Shown: in pieces, positions 1 to 9,148 of the stretch
Layout: each line of letters begins with the position of its first letter
How positions within the stretch are numbered: position 1 is the first letter of the stretch
Origin: an uncultured virus (IMG/VR IMGVR_UViG_3300031998_000049)
Lineage: Duplodnaviria; Heunggongvirae; Uroviricota; Caudoviricetes
Direction: 5' to 3' (one strand)
Length of the DNA: 64,000 bases
Virus record (IMG/VR): IMGVR_UViG_3300031998_000049
The notes under the pieces: generated by a model
Told to the model about the DNA's origin: nothing
The model's database searches: none
The model's input: only the letters and a program-made list of their open reading frames with translations
Made by a program: the position numbers and the translations under genes

Positions 1-142
1 AAATCGTATAAGGCCGGGAATTGCTCTTATACAAAGGGCCACACCTACCATTGTATGAGAGACGGCTACTTGAACGATGACAACAATGTCAGCTGGTCTT
101 GCACGGGAAGTTGGTGCGACGAACACTTAAAGAAGTAGAGAT

Positions 143-664
143 ATGAAATTAGAAGTAATCAAAGGCGTTAAGCACTCGATAGAACTGAACTTCGGTGAAT
201 CCTCCGTGTGCATCACGCCCGACGAGGCCCAGAAGCTCATTGGCCAACTCCAGGCCGTTGTTCCCGTCCCCTCGGATGTGGAGGAAGCGGCAGAGAGTTG
301 GTCAAGCAAAACGCATTTCTCCTGGCCAAACCAGGTTCCGGCAGGCAAGCAAGGTTTCATCGCCGGAGCGGAGTGGCAAAAAGAACAGATGGAGAAGAAA
401 ATTTCTCTCATCCAGAAGTCTTGGTATGAGGAAGGAAAGATTGCTGGGAAGTATGAAGGACTAACCGACGACGAGAAATATCAACAAGGCGCGTTTGACG
501 AGCGCGAGCGGCTGATGAAGGAAGCGGTGGAGGGAAGGGTTTGTAAAGATCCAACTGCAGATCAAGGGCCGTGTTATTATGTTGAGACCGATTGCGGGAA
601 CTTTGAAGGATTCGCACCCGGTGACAAAGTATCAGTAATCATCATCAAAAAGGACGAGAAATGA
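143..664 (+). CDS. hypothetical phage protein
   Basis: 173-aa ORF, ATGA-coupled to next gene. Confidence 0.75.
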   Translation: MKLEVIKGVKHSIELNFGESSVCITPDEAQKLIGQLQAVVPVPSDVEEAAESWSSKTHFSWPNQVPAGKQGFIAGAEWQKEQMEKKISLIQKSWYEEGKIAGKYEGLTDDEKYQQGAFDERERLMKEAVEGRVCKDPTADQGPCYYVETDCGNFEGFAPGDKVSVIIIKKDEK

Positions 665-987
665 ATTACTACACATCATTAGTTCCGACGGAACTCGTAG
701 AGAAGCTCTACAAGGCCGGATGCCCTAATATCGGGAGATACGAAGAAGCTGATGGCTCGGTCAAATACTCCGAGGCGACCTACGCGGACATCTTCGATGG
801 GCTTATCGAGAAAGGTATTGTTGTTTGTGTTCGGCCTGTCTTTGACGACTCAACTATGAAGCTTGGCTTTATGGCGGATATTGCGGTAGGTAAGGGTGGC
901 AGCGCGTTGGGTTGGCGTACTTCTTGGCACGATTCCGCCAACGCCGCCATTGAGAAAGCAATCGAAATCATCAAAAAGGAGAAATAG
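661..987 (+). CDS. hypothetical phage protein
   Basis: 108-aa ORF in tightly packed operon. Confidence 0.75.
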   Translation: MNYYTSLVPTELVEKLYKAGCPNIGRYEEADGSVKYSEATYADIFDGLIEKGIVVCVRPVFDDSTMKLGFMADIAVGKGGSALGWRTSWHDSANAAIEKAIEIIKKEK

Positions 988-988
988 T

Positions 989-1153
989 ATGGCAAAGGCA
1001 TTTGTGAAGATAGACCGAAAGGTGTTGTTCGAGATATTGGATGCTATCCTTGAAAGCGAAGGCAGCTTCACAACGGGCTACACCGATTTATATCCCCATC
1101 GGTGGGACAAGAATTTCTATCAGAAGGTGAAGAACATTAGAAAGAATTCTTAA
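989..1153 (+). CDS. hypothetical protein (MAKAFVKIDRK...)
   Basis: ATG 1 nt after upstream stop. Confidence 0.65.
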   Translation: MAKAFVKIDRKVLFEILDAILESEGSFTTGYTDLYPHRWDKNFYQKVKNIRKNS

Positions 1154-1165
1154 ACACGAATAGTT

Positions 1166-1348
1166 ATGAAAGTGAGAGAACTAATTGAAAAATTGCAGGG
1201 ACTTGACCAAGAGCGCAATATCTGGGTGTTCTATGATTTCCCCTGCGATTGCGACGAACCGGACTTCCACGAGTGTAATAAAGAAGAAGCCGATATGTTC
1301 AAGGACGACGGCTGCAAGCCGGGTGATTATGTTCATTATGCAGGATAA
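1166..1348 (+). CDS. hypothetical phage protein
   Basis: MKVRELIEKLQ start typical of small phage proteins. Confidence 0.7.
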   Translation: MKVRELIEKLQGLDQERNIWVFYDFPCDCDEPDFHECNKEEADMFKDDGCKPGDYVHYAG

Positions 1349-1366
1349 CCACAAAACACGAATAGT

Positions 1367-1636
1367 ATGACTATCCGAAGCCTTAATGACAACCGAGACA
1401 GGTTGAGCATCTTCCGTCAGCCAGACGGAGATATACAAGTGACCATCATCCACGATGGGGAAACGCATAGAGAGAACCACCTACTTGGGGTTCGTGTCGG
1501 CGGATGCGGCTCCGGCCACGATATTCCCCGGCGCATCTGGTCTCTGCTGAACGAGCTTGCGACCGAGTTCGAGAAGTTCGAGGATTGCAAGTATGAACAC
1601 GATGCCTACTACAAAGAAATGGAGGGCGTGAAATGA
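1367..1636 (+). CDS. hypothetical protein
   Basis: 89-aa ORF, ATGA overlap downstream. Confidence 0.7.
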   Translation: MTIRSLNDNRDRLSIFRQPDGDIQVTIIHDGETHRENHLLGVRVGGCGSGHDIPRRIWSLLNELATEFEKFEDCKYEHDAYYKEMEGVK

Positions 1637-2271
1637 GCAAGACCGATTCACTACACTACCAACTCTGCTGCGAGGGCGCGAAGTGGCTCCGGCGGCAGAA
1701 ACGCAATCCGTATGAGTGCCACAAGAAGCCGTGCTACCGGGTTCGCTCTTGCCCGTCTTATGCTTGCAACAAGTTCAAGTATGTGGCCGTCGAACTCGTC
1801 TCTTTGGGCGAGAACACCGATGTATGGGGGCTTGGGAACTACAACGAAAGCGCGGTCATCGAGGTCAAGGTGTCCCACGCGGATTTCCTCGCCGACCAGA
1901 AGAAGTGGTGCCGGAGTAATGAGGCGGAGGAAAAGGGGTATCAGGCCGGTTCCTTCCGTTGGTATCTCTGCCCGGAGGGTATCATCAAGCCCGAAGAACT
2001 CCCCGAAAAGTGGGGGTTGCTCTATTGGAACGGCAAGAAAATCTATCCCGTTGTCCTCCCGAAGAAGTTCGAGAACACGGCATACGAGGATATGTTGATG
2101 CTGACCAGCATCCTGCGCCGGGAGGGGTTCCCGGAGGGGATATTCAACTACCGCTATGCTCGCCCGATGTGCCGAAACTGCGGCCACTATTCCGACGGCA
2201 AGTGCAACATTGGTTGTGACAGCTTCGGGCCGGGCGATGTATGCAACAGATTCACCAAAAAAGAACAATAG
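1633..2271 (+). CDS. MmcB-like PD-(D/E)XK nuclease-fold protein
   Basis: TDVWG...VIEVKVSHADFLAD...WYLCPEG...LPEKWGLL motifs. Confidence 0.55.
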   Translation: MSKTDSLHYQLCCEGAKWLRRQKRNPYECHKKPCYRVRSCPSYACNKFKYVAVELVSLGENTDVWGLGNYNESAVIEVKVSHADFLADQKKWCRSNEAEEKGYQAGSFRWYLCPEGIIKPEELPEKWGLLYWNGKKIYPVVLPKKFENTAYEDMLMLTSILRREGFPEGIFNYRYARPMCRNCGHYSDGKCNIGCDSFGPGDVCNRFTKKEQ

Positions 2272-2272
2272 T

Positions 2273-2539
2273 ATGAGCAAACTGAACTACAAGACAAGCA
2301 AGGACTACAAGCGGCTCAAGGAGCTGCTGGATGATGGTAAAGAGGTGGTTTGCATCATCCCCCCCGAATTTCCGAGAGGGAATATGTGCGCTTTTGCGAG
2401 GCGCGAGCATTCCGCTGTCTATCCGCACAGAAGAGACTATATATTCGCCGAATTTGGCTTCTACGCACCAGAAAAGAATTTCATCGAGGCGTGTGTGTCT
2501 AAAAGCATCGAGTTCATCGAGCCTAACGGGGAGGAATAG
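2273..2539 (+). CDS. hypothetical protein
   Basis: Operon packing; ATG at 2273. Confidence 0.7.
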   Translation: MSKLNYKTSKDYKRLKELLDDGKEVVCIIPPEFPRGNMCAFARREHSAVYPHRRDYIFAEFGFYAPEKNFIEACVSKSIEFIEPNGEE

Positions 2540-2542
2540 AGT

Positions 2543-2785
2543 ATGATTACCGAGAAAGACCTACTCAAATGGGGGTTCGTCCGAGGCGAGTATTCCGAAG
2601 GGTATCTTTGCACTTATGAAGGCAACGCAATATGGTTCTACCCCGACTGCCAAAGGCTTATGATATACTCCGATGGCGACGACTATCTTGACCTTTCATA
2701 TTGCCCCACCAAGCGCAAGGCCGACCAAGCTCTCCGGCTGCTCGGACTTCCGCCCATCGACAAACTAAAGGAGATCAAGAAATGA
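2543..2785 (+). CDS. hypothetical protein
   Basis: 80-aa ORF in operon. Confidence 0.7.
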   Translation: MITEKDLLKWGFVRGEYSEGYLCTYEGNAIWFYPDCQRLMIYSDGDDYLDLSYCPTKRKADQALRLLGLPPIDKLKEIKK

Positions 2786-3012
2786 AGATCGGGAATTTCG
2801 ACATCCTCCTCTGGTGGGGAATCGCCGCCGTCATCTGCGCGGTCTGTGAGACCTCGCTATATGTCTCGGCTGTGTTGCGCGGCGGGAGCCCCCGTGCAAG
2901 CAGGTTCGTCGAGCAAGTGGTGTTTAACATCGTGTTCGCCCCGGCTTGCTTGCTCGCGTGGTTTTCCGTAGCGTTGATGTGGCTTAACGAAAAGATACAC
3001 AAGTATGACTAA
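2782..3012 (+). CDS. small membrane protein
   Basis: Two hydrophobic segments; ATGA coupling. Confidence 0.6.
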   Translation: MKIGNFDILLWWGIAAVICAVCETSLYVSAVLRGGSPRASRFVEQVVFNIVFAPACLLAWFSVALMWLNEKIHKYD

Positions 3013-3928
3013 CCGAGAGATCAACGACGCCATCTACAAACGGCGCGGCTACCGCCAAGTGCAAGGCAACAAGGACAACCTCACCGCCATCGTCTACTTC
3101 TTCCTCCTCGATGCCGCCAAGCAGGTTTTCGAGCAGAGCATACGCAAGCAACCTTGCAAGGGCCTCCAGAAGAAGTACAAGAACCAGATGGCAGACGGCT
3201 TCTACACCTTCTTCCGCAACTTCTTCTCCGCGTTCAACCAAGAGCAGACCGAGTACGTCATCGACAAGGCCGACGAGCTTGAGGCGTTCATCCAACCGCA
3301 CCTCGACATCGCGGAGATCGCCCTCCAGGAGTGCGACAACTCGCTCCCGATAGAGACGCAACGCGAGCTCTCCCAAACGTGGCTCTGCAACCTCCTTGCC
3401 GCCGACGCCCAGGACTTCCACGGCGAATGTTGGAAGACCGCCTCCGGCCAACCCCTCTACGATCCCTACATCGACCGGGTGCTCAAGGCCAGCAAGGAAT
3501 ACTCACGCCTCCGCTTCGGCGAAGGCCGTACCATCTCCCAGAAGCAATTCGACCGCGTACAAGCCGCCGTCAAGGTGGTCGCCAACAAGATTTGCCTCTG
3601 GCTCTACGAAGACTATAAACGAGAAATCAATGGCAAGACCAAAGAAACCGGCGCCGGTGCTCTCGCCCAGGATGCGGGAGTGGGCCGAGGAGTTGCGACA
3701 GACGATGCTCCGCGTGTCGGGAGCGGATGCCGCAACCAAGACAAGGGAACGGGACAACGTGGTTGCACGGGCGATGATCGCCCACGTCCTGCTGGAGAGG
3801 GGAATGACCACCATACAAGTGGGCGCCCTCCTCGGCAAGAACCACGCGACCATCTCACACTACCGGAGCCTTATGGCGGCTTTCATGTCATCCCCCGGGT
3901 ACACGGTGGAACGAGAACTCTGGAATGA
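3005..3928 (+). CDS. hypothetical phage protein (last ~100 aa overlap the next gene)
   Basis: Strong codon bias over first ~208 codons. Confidence 0.7.
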   Translation: MTNREINDAIYKRRGYRQVQGNKDNLTAIVYFFLLDAAKQVFEQSIRKQPCKGLQKKYKNQMADGFYTFFRNFFSAFNQEQTEYVIDKADELEAFIQPHLDIAEIALQECDNSLPIETQRELSQTWLCNLLAADAQDFHGECWKTASGQPLYDPYIDRVLKASKEYSRLRFGEGRTISQKQFDRVQAAVKVVANKICLWLYEDYKREINGKTKETGAGALAQDAGVGRGVATDDAPRVGSGCRNQDKGTGQRGCTGDDRPRPAGEGNDHHTSGRPPRQEPRDHLTLPEPYGGFHVIPRVHGGTRTLE

Positions 3929-3983
3929 CTTCTCCGAAGCCGTCAAAAATGCCCGGGAAGCGAAAGCGGCCCGCCAAATTTAA
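3630..3983 (+). CDS. HTH DNA-binding protein, DnaA C-terminal-like
   Basis: ARAMIAHVL...TTIQVGALLGKNHATISH resembles DnaA domain IV (IG..FG.RDHTTV.H). Confidence 0.65.
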   Translation: MARPKKPAPVLSPRMREWAEELRQTMLRVSGADAATKTRERDNVVARAMIAHVLLERGMTTIQVGALLGKNHATISHYRSLMAAFMSSPGYTVERELWNDFSEAVKNAREAKAARQI

Positions 3984-4022
3984 GTGCGAAGCGCAAGCAA
4001 GTAAATCTATACCACAAAATCT

Positions 4023-4048
4023 ACGGGGGCCGTAATGCCCCCGTTTTT
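4023..4048 (+). terminator. rho-independent terminator
   Basis: ACGGGGGC-cgtaat-GCCCCCGT followed by T run. Confidence 0.7.
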
Positions 4049-4113
4049 CGGTCTATGGACGGCGGACAAGGAAATCGCCGTCCGAAAGTTTAATCGTAAA
4101 AATAGGACTATTT

Positions 4114-4476
4114 ATGTTCGGAAACAAAATCAAGAAACTCCGGGAGGAGAATATGAAACTGCGGGAATCGCTCGCCCGCGCAAAGAGATTGCTCGACGCT
4201 GCTGAAAACGATCTCAACAAGCAACAGACTTTCACCGCCTACTACACCATCACCGACTCCGACACCATCAAGTTCGGCAAGAACATCATCGGGATGCAGA
4301 AAGAAGCCCAGCGCCGGATGGCCGGTTTCCTCGGTCGCTCGATAGTCCGTCAGCTCGGCGCCGACGAGATCACAGAGGGCGGCAGACTCGTGGGGTACAG
4401 CATCGAGGTCAAGGTCAAGAGAAACCACGCGACGCCGATTAAACCCGGAATCTGGTGCGACCCGAAAGACCTTTAG
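4114..4476 (+). CDS. hypothetical protein
   Basis: 120-aa ORF with N-terminal coiled coil. Confidence 0.7.
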   Translation: MFGNKIKKLREENMKLRESLARAKRLLDAAENDLNKQQTFTAYYTITDSDTIKFGKNIIGMQKEAQRRMAGFLGRSIVRQLGADEITEGGRLVGYSIEVKVKRNHATPIKPGIWCDPKDL

Positions 4477-4478
4477 CC

Positions 4479-5267
4479 ATGAAGACATCCATCATCGTAC
4501 CGGTCTTCAACACCGAGAAATACATCGAGCGCTGCCTGGACTCCGTGAAAGAGCAGACCGAGGAGGACTGGGAGTGCATCGTCGTCAACGACGGCTCCAT
4601 CGACGGAAGTCTGCGCGAGATCATCGCCCAGACGGATGGCGACCCCCGGTTTACCATCGTCTCATCCACGAAGAACAACGGCCTCTTCCACGCCCGCAAC
4701 CTCGGTCTCGCCGTGGCATCCGGCGTCTTCGTCACCTTCCTCGACTCCGACGACTGGCTCTTCCCGGAAGCCCTCAGCACCCTCCTCGCCGAGATGGAGC
4801 GCAACCCGGAAGCGGACCGCATCGTGGGGCTTGAGATGAACGAATGGGAGGCAACTGGAGAGAAGAGCATCTGGAAGATAGAACCGCCCGGCCTCCGGCA
4901 CCGGCTCTCCCCCGTCCTATTCACGCCTACCTGCGATGTCGGCCATGTGACCGGATGCCTCTACCGGCGCAAAGCCATCACATCCTTCCCCAGAGTGCGA
5001 GTCTTCGAGGACATGATCTTCAACATGGAGTTCGCGTTCGCCGGGAAGCGGACCTTCATCAGCACCGAGGTCGTCTATCACTACACCAGGCGCAACGGAT
5101 CGCTCATCACCGGGAAATACACCCTGGCTGACGCGAGAGAGGCGCGTGACGCCTTCGCCTCCGTAGCCCTCATGCACAATCCGCCGGAACTCCTGCGCGA
5201 GCAGTACCGCACCTTCCTGGAGAACGCGATCCGGGGCAGGCTGCGCCGGATGGGGATAGTCGAATAA
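4479..5267 (+). CDS. glycosyltransferase family 2
   Basis: SIIVPVFNTEKYIERCLDSV, VVNDGS.DGS, NNGL..ARN.GL, FLDSDD, FED motifs. Confidence 0.92.
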   Translation: MKTSIIVPVFNTEKYIERCLDSVKEQTEEDWECIVVNDGSIDGSLREIIAQTDGDPRFTIVSSTKNNGLFHARNLGLAVASGVFVTFLDSDDWLFPEALSTLLAEMERNPEADRIVGLEMNEWEATGEKSIWKIEPPGLRHRLSPVLFTPTCDVGHVTGCLYRRKAITSFPRVRVFEDMIFNMEFAFAGKRTFISTEVVYHYTRRNGSLITGKYTLADAREARDAFASVALMHNPPELLREQYRTFLENAIRGRLRRMGIVE

Positions 5268-5351
5268 GAAAATCCGGAGAGGCTTTGATTTCCCCTCCGG
5301 ATTCACTATCTTTGCACCGGATTATTTAATCCATAATGCAAAATTTAGAGG

Positions 5352-5390
5352 CGCCGTCCACGCAGAGATGTGTGGGCGGCTTTTTTTATT
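5352..5390. terminator. terminator between convergent genes
   Basis: GCCGTCCACGCA...TGTGTGGGCGGC followed by T7. Confidence 0.55.
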
Positions 5391-5829
5391 CACCTCCGTC
5401 TTTCCCGACCATCTCCTTGACCTCGCCCTCGAAATCCATCATCTCCTTCACCTCCTGCACGGCGGCGGCATCCTCCTCATCCGTGCCGTCCAGCTTCATG
5501 CCGTAGCACTCCGGATGACGCTTCATACACGCCTCAGTCTCCTTGAAGATGTTCTCCAGGTACTCCTGGTCCGGGATGCACGAGAAGACGGAGAAGATGA
5601 CCGCGAGCCAGTTGTGAAGCCCGTTGCCGTTGCCGTCGCTCCTGCCGCCCTTGATCTCGTCGTAGAGCTGCTTGAGGAACATACCGACCGGTACGCCCTT
5701 CGCCGCCCGGTGCGTGAAGAGGGAGTTGATGTCCATGACCTTCATGTGGTTCTCCTCGTCGCGGACGACGAAGTTACCCACACGCTGCTCGTTCGCGTCG
5801 AGCTTGATTTTGTCTTTCAATACTTTCAT
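5386..5829 (-). CDS. hypothetical phage protein
   Basis: 147-aa ORF, strong codon bias. Confidence 0.8.
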   Translation of the reverse strand: MKVLKDKIKLDANEQRVGNFVVRDEENHMKVMDINSLFTHRAAKGVPVGMFLKQLYDEIKGGRSDGNGNGLHNWLAVIFSVFSCIPDQEYLENIFKETEACMKRHPECYGMKLDGTDEEDAAAVQEVKEMMDFEGEVKEMVGKDGGE

Positions 5830-5831
5830 TT

Positions 5832-7151
5832 CTATTTCGTTTTGGGATATACCTTGTAGAACAGCTCCTTGCTCCGGAAAGTCTGGACGCCAAGGCGCTT
5901 GAGTTCCGCCGTAATCATGTAACGCGACACGGTGTCGCGCAAGCCCAGCGCGATCTCGTTCTGCGAGACAAGCACCGGCGTCTGCCCGTCGAACTCCGGA
6001 CGCACCGAGTAGCCCCGGCTCTCCAGGTACGCCCGCGCCGGGTACGAACAGGCGGACACCTCACGGCGCATCGACTCCAGCTCGCCGTCCATCTTCGGAC
6101 AAGGGGTAAACTCGCCGCCGTTCAGGATGAGCCGGTCACGCCCGGCAATCACCCAGTTGAAGATGCCCGGAAGGTCCGTCGCGCACAACCGGTCGGCCAG
6201 CGTCCTGTCCTGACGCTCGGTAGGTATCTGGACATCGAACCGGAAGAGCAGCAGACGGCGGAAGAAAGCGGGCGTGAGGTCGCGGAAGACCGGCAACTCG
6301 TTCAGGGCGAAACACAACGGCGGACACTTCACCCGCTCCGGGTCCTGGTAGTTCCGCCTCGCAGTCACCTCCTGGCCGGAGGCAAGCGCCTTGATCGCTG
6401 AGTCGAAATCCTTGTTCCGAGCCATGTCCGGGACGAAATTCAACCGCTTCCCGATGAAAGGCAACATCTTCTCGTCCCGCAACTGCGCCGTGTCCAGAGA
6501 GGTGACGCCGGTGGCGCCAAGCACCCTGCGCATCACATTGCCGATCACGCTCTTCCCATTCGCACCGGAACCGACCATCAACGCGAACTTCTCCACGCTC
6601 AACCGCTCGCGGTCCAGAAAGACCATGCCGAAGAACTCCTGGAGGACGCTCCGCACCGAAGCATCGGGCAACACCTCGCAAAGAAACGCCTCCCATGCCG
6701 CACATCCGGCAGAAGGGTCGTAGCGGTACTCCATCCGCTCCGTACACACACGATCCGCACTGAAACCCTCCGCGAACGAGCCGTCGTCCAGGTCGTACAC
6801 GCCGTTCTGGAAACAGAGAAGACGGCCAGAACGGAACGACCGCTCACCAATCACCGACATCGGCATGTCAGACATCCTCCGGACATCCGTCGGCGATACC
6901 CCTCCATCCACAAGCACATTCCCCAGCACAGCCACCACATCAGCCCGCGAACACGACACATAACTCCGACCATCGAAGACATGCAGATCACCATCCACCA
7001 GACACAACGACGACGACCGCAACAACTCCCGGCAAAATAGCGTCAAGGAGTCCACACGGTCGTTCACCGCGCGTACAGACAACACCGACGACAATGGCTC
7101 AGCCCTCGCCGTCAACAGCCCCGAAAACTCCTCACGCAGAATGGAAATCAT
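5832..7151 (-). CDS. D5/P4-family SF3 helicase (phage/plasmid primase C-terminal-like)
   Basis: LCFQNGVYDL (D5-N), Walker A GSGANGKS, ALNELP motif C, FFRRLL. Confidence 0.85.
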   Translation of the reverse strand: MISILREEFSGLLTARAEPLSSVLSVRAVNDRVDSLTLFCRELLRSSSLCLVDGDLHVFDGRSYVSCSRADVVAVLGNVLVDGGVSPTDVRRMSDMPMSVIGERSFRSGRLLCFQNGVYDLDDGSFAEGFSADRVCTERMEYRYDPSAGCAAWEAFLCEVLPDASVRSVLQEFFGMVFLDRERLSVEKFALMVGSGANGKSVIGNVMRRVLGATGVTSLDTAQLRDEKMLPFIGKRLNFVPDMARNKDFDSAIKALASGQEVTARRNYQDPERVKCPPLCFALNELPVFRDLTPAFFRRLLLFRFDVQIPTERQDRTLADRLCATDLPGIFNWVIAGRDRLILNGGEFTPCPKMDGELESMRREVSACSYPARAYLESRGYSVRPEFDGQTPVLVSQNEIALGLRDTVSRYMITAELKRLGVQTFRSKELFYKVYPKTK

Positions 7152-7480
7152 ACAACCTCCTCGAACCAGACATTGTTGCCGTCACTCCGGTCGAACTTCG
7201 AGCACCGCAATCCAGCACACTTCGCATCAGACTGATTGAACGCGCACCCGGAACACGCCTCGCAAGGCAAACCAACTCGACGACGAGGAATACACCTGTA
7301 CTGCTTGCCCTTGCGGAAAAATGTCTCCCCAACGCCGATGTCGGTACGGGGAATCCTCGAACGCTTCGCGTCCCTGTTGCAGATTTCAATGGCTCGGTGC
7401 GCGAACGCGACCTGCTCGTCCGTGAAATTTGATACGCCAGGGTATAACTCCGACAATATCCTTTCTTCTTTCCTTGTCAT
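7148..7480 (-). CDS. hypothetical Cys-rich protein
   Basis: CEACSGCAF...CAGLRC; ATG right after a TATCTTTG promoter element. Confidence 0.7.
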   Translation of the reverse strand: MTRKEERILSELYPGVSNFTDEQVAFAHRAIEICNRDAKRSRIPRTDIGVGETFFRKGKQYRCIPRRRVGLPCEACSGCAFNQSDAKCAGLRCSKFDRSDGNNVWFEEVV

Positions 7481-7570
7481 ACCGCAAAGATAAAAAATAG
7501 TTTCACTTAAAACAACTATCTGTTGCTTTTTATGAAACAATTTTTATACAAAACGCCGAATCCTAACCCA

Positions 7571-7780
7571 ATTTACACCAATTTACGAAATTTGCAACTT
7601 TTACACCAGCTAACGCATTGATAATCAGGACTTCGTAAATCTCGTATATTTTTTTCAGTCCTTTCTATATATATATTTTATCTCTCCTGCGTAAAGCCCT
7701 AAAAAAGATTTACGAAATTTACGAAACGCTCTGTATCAACACTTTACAGCATGCAGATTTTGCATTTGTCGTAAATTGCA
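7571..7780. repeat. AT-rich non-coding region with TTTAC(G/A) repeats in both orientations (origin/terminus candidate)
   Basis: ATTTACGAAA at 7581, 7708, 7717; reverse copies TCGTAAAT at ~7633 and 7769; TTTACACCA twice. Confidence 0.55.
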
Positions 7781-7902
7781 AGAAAAAAATTTGAGAAAAA
7801 ATATTTCGGAGGATAGGGAGAGCGTTTCCTTCGTTGGTGGTTTGCCCCCCCCCGCCCCCCTTCCTGCCCGCTGGATCGCTTCGCCGGTCGCTTACAAAAT
7901 AC

Positions 7903-8469
7903 CTATTTTATAGTCCTTTCCTTGGCTTTCAGATATAAAGGGCAAGATTCGCACCGCTGCGGTAAGTAGGCGTGAACTTGTTTTTGGTCTCGTGCGGCTT
8001 GCCTATCATCGCGCTGCGTTTGTTGTATTGCTTTTATGGCGTCTAATTGGGTTTTTGGGTCATCTTTGGACTCCGCAATAATTCTATTTATTTGGGTTCG
8101 TTGGTTTTCGGGGTTGTAGTAGTCAACCGGCGCAAAATCTTTTTTTTGCTTGCCGTTGGTGGGTTCACTCTCCGCCTGATCAAATTGCCGTTGTTCGTTT
8201 CTCGTCCTTTCCTCCTCTGCTCCTCTTCTCCTGGCGTCGCTATCTCGGTCGGCTATTATCCGCCGTAGGTCTTCTATGCAATTGCGGACTTTTTCGGAGT
8301 TTTTCCACCTGGACACAAGCGGGTTCAGGCTTGTATGCTTTTCGGCGTCTGCTCGGCTTTTGTCCTCTGCGGACAAATAGAGCTCTTTCCAACTTGTTTC
8401 GATGCCGAGGACATAAAGCAGTAAAACGGCTTTTTCTCGGTTGGTTAGTCTTGTTTTCTCGCCTGGCAT
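7903..8469 (-). CDS. putative terminase small subunit
   Basis: LTNREK...LY...VSRWKNSEKVRNCIEDL HTH pattern plus helical C-terminus typical of TerS. Confidence 0.5.
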   Translation of the reverse strand: MPGEKTRLTNREKAVLLLYVLGIETSWKELYLSAEDKSRADAEKHTSLNPLVSRWKNSEKVRNCIEDLRRIIADRDSDARRRGAEEERTRNEQRQFDQAESEPTNGKQKKDFAPVDYYNPENQRTQINRIIAESKDDPKTQLDAIKAIQQTQRDDRQAARDQKQVHAYLPQRCESCPLYLKAKERTIK

Positions 8470-8548
8470 GGTGTTAGGGTGTCTGAAACTTTTTTGTGTA
8501 AAGTGAAACTTTTTGGTGAAACTTTTTGTATCGCTTACGATATGAGTT

Positions 8549-8824
8549 TCATTTTATGGTTATAGTTAGAGGTTTTCCGCAATGAGGACAAATTGCGGTT
8601 GTTAGTGTTGTGTTCTCCCTGGGTTGATCAGGTGCGAGCAGTTCGGCGGCGTTGATGCCGATTGCATCGGCCATTTTTAGGAAAGTATCGAGCCGAGGAA
8701 CACCGGCCAAATATTGGCTTACCTGGTTTTGACTTACTCCGAGTTTTTTTGCTAAATCGGCTTGTGTTAGGTGGCGTTCTTTCATCGCCGCCCTGATTAG
8801 GGAAATAGTTGTATTTACATCCAT
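8549..8824 (-). CDS. XRE-family HTH repressor with C-terminal CPHC knuckle
   Basis: LTQADLAKKLGVSQNQVSQY; ICPHCGK. Confidence 0.85.
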   Translation of the reverse strand: MDVNTTISLIRAAMKERHLTQADLAKKLGVSQNQVSQYLAGVPRLDTFLKMADAIGINAAELLAPDQPRENTTLTTAICPHCGKPLTITIK

Positions 8825-8887
8825 ATTTGCAAAGGTAGTTTTTTAAAATATTTATTTGATAATTTGATGAAAAAAAGTGTATAAATA

Positions 8888-8920
8888 TTTTGTAGTTTAA
8901 AATATTTATCTTATATTTGT
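8888..8920 (+). promoter_or_regulatory. early promoter (Bacteroidota -33 TTTG / -7 TAnnTTTG)
   Basis: TTTTGTAGTTTAAAATATTTATCTTATATTTGT; near-identical copy at 13161. Confidence 0.7.
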
Positions 8921-9148
8921 GTAGGCAAAGGAACGAAACGAAGTTACCCACACTCGCGGCCAGCCTTTAGTCAGTCTCTCGGAGTTTTCAGGTAGATACG
9001 CCCAGGCTACGAAGAGAGACGGAAGAGATCAAAATCTCCTCTTTTTCTTCTTCTGCTTGTGGGTGGTTCGGAAAACCCTCTGAAATAGCCCCTTACCTGG
9101 TCAACACTCGGCGAGGGGTACGAAATTAACCCTTTAAATTTTTGTATT

